Shown piece by piece: positions 58,086 through 64,000 of a stretch of 64,000 nucleotides of DNA (position 1 is the stretch's first letter; every line of letters starts with the position of its first letter). The stretch lies in the NCBI RefSeq assembly GCF_009914755.1, contig NC_060926.1, one strand, 5' to 3'. This DNA is from the human T2T-CHM13v2.0 reference genome, Homo sapiens. The notes beneath the pieces were generated by a model, which was not told where the DNA came from, did not search any database, and was given only the letters and a program-made list of their open reading frames with translations. Made by a program: the position numbers and the translations under genes.

Positions 58086-60013
58086 GCCCTGCAAAGAATC
58101 ACAACCGTCTGAAGCAAGTGGAACATCGGAGCCACATCATCTCAGCAAGCTCAACCCCGGGGCTGCTTCTCGGTCAGGAGCAGATGGCCCAATACAGAGC
58201 TCCCAACTCAGAGGCCACCTAGGTCCACACTCCTGCTTCCCTCTGCACCCCATGCCCCATCTCCCCATCTGCAATTTTTAGGTCCATTTTTAGGTCTGTG
58301 GTAAGGAACAAAAGGAGCTTTGCTTGGAAAGCTCCGGGCACGGGTCATTGCAGACCCTGAAAAGCAATGATTACATGTGACGGTCTCAGGGCTTGTTGTC
58401 CTCCTTCCATTACTTTCAGTTTTTACCAATCTATTACTTGTCCCCAAAGTATCTAATGCAAGGAGAGGTAAAAAGCATCTGAGCATTTCTTGGGTGGTTG
58501 TTCATGGATTAAAGTTGGTGTTTCAGAAAAAATCTACCTAAAAAAAGGTTGGTGTCTCAATGATCTCAAAACATCGTAGACACATTCCCATTGTGTCTAA
58601 AGCCTCAGAACCCACAGTAATATGCCCCAGAGAAAACCAACTTCGTGATCAAAATAAACGTGGGCGACCCCTGCGTATTTTTCATCATAGAAACTTTCAT
58701 GTACACACCACAATAGAGAGAACGGTCCGATGGGCCCATAGACCCACCTCCCGCTTCCCCAGTAATCAGCTCAGCCATTTGTATCACTCACACTCCCAAA
58801 CCTCCCCCTGCAGGGTACTGTGTAAAGCAGATCCCAGGCATTCTATCATCTGCAAATCTCAGTAGAGATACAGGTATTTTTTTTCTTTGCAGTTCATGTG
58901 TTGAAGAAATCAGGTTGTCCTGTAGATTTCCAGTACGGATGTTGCTGATTACACCCCTGTGTTATTGAATAGAGTCCTATGAACTCTGTATTTTTGATAC
59001 CGCGGTGGTTCAGGACATAAACCTGATTAGATACAGGCTATTTTTTGGCGAGATTGCCATGAGAGTGTGCGTGCACTTCCCACAGAAGGCAAATAATGTC
59101 CAGTTGTCTTTCTGTGATGTTGGCAGTCACTGAAGACTATTACTTCGACCCACTATTTTACTAAGGGGTTGCAAAATGGTGACATTCTAATAATGTTCTA
59201 ATGTTATCACTTTGTGTTTATTATCTAGGAAGAGAAGCTCCCCACAAAAAATATGAAACCCATCAGGGGCAGCTGGTCCTGGGAACAGAGTCTCTTCTCC
59301 CTTCCTCACCACAGTGGGCAAGAGGGAGGCTCCCTAAAGGGGGAAGGGGAGGAATTTTGAAAAGGAAAGAAGAAAAGCAGGAGTGGTTGGAAGCAGCCCA
59401 CATGCCCTCACTGCCGCCAGTAAGGAGCCATGGCCACAGACTGGTCTGGTCTGCCCTGCAGGGATAAGAGGGGAGGGAATCAAGTTTGGAATCAATCTCA
59501 AAACAAATAGGACTGAGTCCTAGATACCAAGAAGATCGTTCTAGAGAGAAAGTGACTGAGAGTCATGGAGTCCAGAACAGGAGGGTTTAGGGCTCTCTAC
59601 CCATCAGAGAAGAAGGGTTCCACATAGTAGACTCGGGTGGTTATCCCAAACATGCCTGGAACCCCATCTTAGCTGGAAATACTCAAGTTTCACCATCAAG
59701 TATGATGCTGGCTTCAGAGACGGATAAAAAACATAACATTAAGTTTTCCATCTGTGTTTCTTAAAAAAAAAAAAAAGAAAAGAAAAAGAAAGAAAAAGAA
59801 AAAGAAAAGCTCTCCAGGTGATCTCAGTATGCAGCCAAGACTAGGAATCACTGCTAGAATTCTGTTTTCCTTGGAGCTGGGAACAGTGTCTAGCACATAG
59901 TAAGTACTAATTCCTAAGAAATGAATGAATGAGGCCAAGCATGAAGAGCACATAACACAGCACCTGTGCTTTGAAATATCCACCTGGATTGAGGATGATT
60001 TCTTGGGGCCAGC

Positions 60014-60361
60014 TATGGTTTGCATGGATCTTCCAAAAAGCAGATTTGGAAACTTAGTCCCCAGTGCAACCATGCTAGGAGGTGGGGCCTAATGGAAGGG
60101 GGTTGGGTCATGAGGACTCTGCCCTCGTTAATCCACGCCCAGCACAGATTAACACTGCTGCGTCTTGCACATCCACAAGCCTGCGTGTTCTCTTGCCCTT
60201 TCACCTTCCACTGTGGGATGACACAGCAAGAAGGCCCTCAACAGATGTAGACCCCTTGGCCTTGGACTTCCCAGCCTCCAGAACCATAAGAAACAAATCT
60301 TTGTTCTTTATACATTTCTGTCCCAGGAATTCTGTTAAAGCAGCACAAACAGACTAAGACA
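60014..60361. mobile_element. MST-like MaLR LTR
   Basis: tatggtttg...ggacttcccagcctccagaacc...cagactaagaca. Confidence 0.8.
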
Positions 60362-60473
60362 GCATCTGAGGCACAGTGAGAGTGCCTGGGGTGGGAACTT
60401 AGTCCAGCAGATGATCCGCTCAAGTCAGCTGGGGACAGGCTCTCAGAGGTCAAGGCACGGCCCAGACTTTCCA

Positions 60474-60662
60474 CCCTTTGGTGGAAGGGGAAAGGGTAGC
60501 GGGGGCGGGGTGAGGGAAAAAAGACTACTCAATGGCTACAGTGTACACCGCTCTGGTATGGGGTGCAACAAAATCTCAGAAATCACTAAAGAACATATCC
60601 CTGTAACCAAATACCACCTGTTCCCCTAAAATCTATTGAAATAAAAAATAATTAAAAATAAA
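60474..60662 (+). mobile_element. L1PB-like 3' end
   Basis: aaatctcagaaatcactaaagaac...ctattgaaataaaaa tail. Confidence 0.75.
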
Positions 60663-60870
60663 CAGAGATACCCCTTCAAGTTCTCTTTGCTATTTATTTG
60701 CATAGGTTAATAAAACCTTTCCTAAGTCAAAAAATCTGTAGCCCGAAACATGTCTGAATTAACTGAAACAGGTGGACTCTGAAGGAATGCACCATGACCA
60801 CTGGGATGCCGGCGTCTCATTCCTTTGACAATGATATGTCTCTTTGTTTAATGAAGTTATTTTATTTTTG

Positions 60871-61159
60871 GGCTGGGCGCAGTGGCTCATGCCTGTAAAG
60901 GCACTTTGAGAAGACGAGGCAGGTGGATCACTTGAGGTCAGGAGTTGGAGACCAGCCTGTCCAACACGGTGAAACCCCATCTCTACTAAAAATACAAAAA
61001 TTAGCTGGGTGTGGTGGCACACGCTTGTAATCCCAGCTACTCGGGAGGCTGAGGCAGGAAAATCGCTTGAACCCAGGAGGCAGAGGTTTCAGCGAGCCAA
61101 ATTCCCACCATTGCACTCCAGCCTGGGTGACAGAGCGAGAATCTGTCTCCAAAAAAAAA
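60871..61159 (+). mobile_element. Alu (AluS-like)
   Basis: Full dimer. Confidence 0.94.
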
Positions 61160-62395
61160 GGTTATTTTACTATAAACATACAAGTGTCAATATAAAAGAA
61201 GCAGCTACCCATAACTCCACCCCCGTAATACAACCACAAATGGTATTTTTGCCTACTTCTAGTTTTTTTCTATGACTCCTAAAAACAAACCAAAACCCAT
61301 AGTTTTAACATAAAATTATTATCCGATGGGTAAGAAATACTTAATACCAAAGGCAGTCTCACACATTGCTTCAAAATCATGTTTAATGGACATATAACAT
61401 TTCTACAACTATCTCAACTTGCTGAACCATTTTCCTAATACTGGATTTTTACTTAGTTTTAATTTTTTCTCTGTAATAAGACTGCAGTAAACATTTTCTT
61501 ATATAACTTTTTGTGTGATTGAGTGTTGTAAGCTTTCAATAATGAGAGGTTGGAGCCTTCTGTCCAAAGAGAAAATTAAAAGTGTGGCACCTGACCCCCA
61601 CCTCCAGAATTTAATCAAGATGGGGTTATTAGTAGTGAAAGATGTTATTAGGTTGTTGAAGACAAAGATGTTTTCAGGAACACCATATTCAAGACTGGCG
61701 CTTCTCTAGTAATCTTAACTTGGGGCTTTTTAATCTCTTGCACCTCCCTTCCACTAAAGGGAAAAAAAACGGAGAGCAAATCCCACATTAGTCTTTTTTG
61801 CGGGGAAGGGGCCATTCCAGGGAAGGGTCTGATTGATGAGTCTATCGGCAACTGTGATCCTGTGTCACCCTTGCCTGGGGCCTGTGAAGAATATTGAGAT
61901 TACGAGAGGTACACCTGTACATTGCATTCAGAATACAGCCATCTGATACAGAAAACACAATGTAGATTGTAAAAAGGAGTTTACAAGAAAACCTGACAAG
62001 CTTCCTAGATATCACTGGGTATTAAATTGGGAATGTTGATGTCATTTGAAATGGATTTCTTTAAGAGTTCTTCTCATTACCAGAAGTTTTTTGTGTTTTT
62101 TTTTTCAAGACCTTAAAACCGGAACTTTCCCGAAGAAAAATGCAAATAAGAATCTCCTTCTGGGAATCCGACTTAGTGAGCCATCAGAAATCTGAACTAG
62201 GAAGTCTCCGCCCCAGCTTTGTCCTTTGATTATACACACATGGGCACATGCACAGACACAAACAAATACAGACATGGGTACGAACACGTGAGCACACACA
62301 CAGACACACAGAGACTCACACACAGAGAAGCAGAGACACACACACACACAGGCAGACACTCCACAAAGGGCACAGAGGTTTAAACAATGACTCAC

Positions 62396-62665
62396 CTGTT
62401 CCCCAGGCCCGGTCACTTGCAGGGAGCTGAAGAGCCTGTCATCACCAGTCCACAGCGTTGCTACCTGTCTCCGCTTTCTCCTCTCTCTGGTCCAGGGGAA
62501 GGTTTGCTTCCCTCCACAGGCAGGACAGGACAGGAGGAGCCTCTACTCCAATGGAAAACAGCCGCAGAGCAGAGGTCAAGAGCAGCAGCCTCGGACCAGA
62601 GCAGCGCCCACTGGACCCCAGCGCCAAGGTCAGGCCTCTTCTCCTCCCAGAAGGTTTCAGGGCAA
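62396..62665 (-). other. RAB17: RAB17 non-coding exon 1 (5' end approximate)
   Basis: Consensus donor CAG|gtgagt on the - strand at 62396/62395; exon 2 has an acceptor 3 nt before the ATG, so an upstream exon is required; promoter motifs lie immediately beyond. Confidence 0.75.
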
Positions 62666-62760
62666 AGTCCACAGTGGTCATGTGGTCACCTGAGGCAGGG
62701 CAGGAGGCTGGACCTCAAAGCAGGTGACCTGGGAGCACCTGCGCGCTGCCGGAAGTCAAG
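62659..62760 (-). promoter_or_regulatory. RAB17: Probable RAB17 proximal promoter
   Basis: HNF4-type AGGGCAAAGTCCA (62659-62671), M-box core TCATGTG (62678-62684), CACCTG/CAGGTG E-boxes (62687, 62721, 62736), ETS CCGGAAGT (62749-62756). Confidence 0.6.
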
Positions 62761-63911
62761 TCACATTCCAGTCCTGCATTTCCTGGCACCCAACTGGAGC
62801 CCGTTTTTCAGCTTTATTCCGGGGTTTCACTTCCAGGATCTCACTTTGGCACAGAATGTTTTTCTTGGCTCCTTCCTTGGAGCTGTATGGAATCTTTGTT
62901 GCACTTGAAAAACCAACAGCCCAGAAGAGAAAAGAATATTCCGGTCAGATGAATTAATTCCTCCCACTGTCAGCTGGAAGCCATCCCTGGCTGAGCCCTG
63001 CACTGGCCAGAGACAACTGAGTGTGAGCCAGTCCAGGGTCAGATCCTGGGCTGATGCCACCTGAGGGCGGGGTGGGGGCGTGGCCTCCGTGCACATGGGA
63101 GACTCCAGGTGCAGGAGAGGGGGAGGTGGACTTCCTCTTGGTCTTCCCAAATTCTTCAGGAGACTCTAGTCATGAAATTTCCTGGCTTGGTGGTAACAGA
63201 AGAGTCTCCTCCAGGTAAGATTTCCAGAGCCTCTGAGTATGGCTGGGGTAGCAGGGTTGGGCCTGAGGCTGAGGAGATGGAAATCTGTTGCCGTGAACAT
63301 CGCTCCACACAGCCAGTATACGGGAAGCCAGCTCACTTTATGTCCTCCAGACTCACCCTAACTTCTCGTTTGGGTCTCATCCCGCGGGGCTGCTGGGAAA
63401 TAAGCTCCGCCACCACAGTGGTTCCTCCGCCCTGTGGGAGTGGGGGGCTCTTATGCTGGAGGGGGGACACTGGCCTGGACTTCTGCTGAGGCTCTGCCCC
63501 TCATCCCTGCAGGATGGACTAGCCAGTCCTAACACAGGACTAGCGTTGCTCTACCACGTCCAAGCCTCCTCTGAGATTCTTCCTCCATGCAACCACTTCC
63601 CCTGGGGCGTGGCCACCTCCCTGGAAGCCGCCAGCATGCTCGGCTGGGCCCCCGCACTCTGGAGGCTTGAGAATCTCTCTATTTTTGAATGACGTCCTTA
63701 TCCTCTGCCCCCAGGCTGGTAACCAAAGGTCTGGGGGTGGTGACGTGCTGGGAATGGTGTAACTCGTGAGATGGAGGCTGAATGTGGAAATACATGAATG
63801 TGCTTCTCTTCTCTCCAGTTCCCTTGAAGAATCCACCTTCCTGCAGGGTTGGGGGAGCGCAGAATGGGAGGAAGATACAAATACCAATTTTATAGCAAGA
63901 ATGCAAAAAGA

Positions 63912-64000
63912 GGCCAGCGCGGTGGCTCGAGCCTGGAATCCCAGCGCTTTGGAAGGCGAGCTGGGCGGATCACTTGAGGTCAGGAGTTCGAGACCAGCCT
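63912..64000 (+). mobile_element. Alu 5' part, cut by the window edge
   Basis: ggccagcgcggtggctc...gttcgagaccagcct. Confidence 0.9.

Overview
Human (primate) genomic DNA, recognisable from its translated exons as the MLPH-PRLH-RAB17 locus (chr2q37.3). On the + strand are the last nine coding exons of melanophilin (MLPH, 415-25570, 3' UTR to about 27300) and the prolactin-releasing peptide gene PRLH (CDS 38486-39087). On the - strand, convergent with PRLH, is the complete RAB17 gene (non-coding exon 1 at about 62396-62665; CDS 58085-46923). All exon phases add up to the expected proteins. The rest is introns and intergenic DNA with Alus, L1, MaLR/ERV LTRs, DNA transposon fossils, a truncated U6 retrocopy and several tandem repeats. 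I found no new protein-coding system; most ORFs in the supplied track are noise. The most interesting signals are regulatory. (1) A 1.6 kb G-rich minisatellite is an amplified copy of the MLPH exon-12 splice donor, and every alternative donor in it leads to a stop codon. (2) A TATA box, non-coding exon and splice donor lie 2.8 kb upstream of the PRLH ATG, with a matching acceptor. (3) MLPH exon 15 regenerates a 5' splice site once spliced. (4) A near-consensus CTCF site lies between PRLH and RAB17. (5) The RAB17 promoter combines HNF4, M-box, ZEB/SNAI and ETS motifs, and its leader has a uORF. Exon numbers, variant names and repeat subfamily names are from memory and were not checked against a database.
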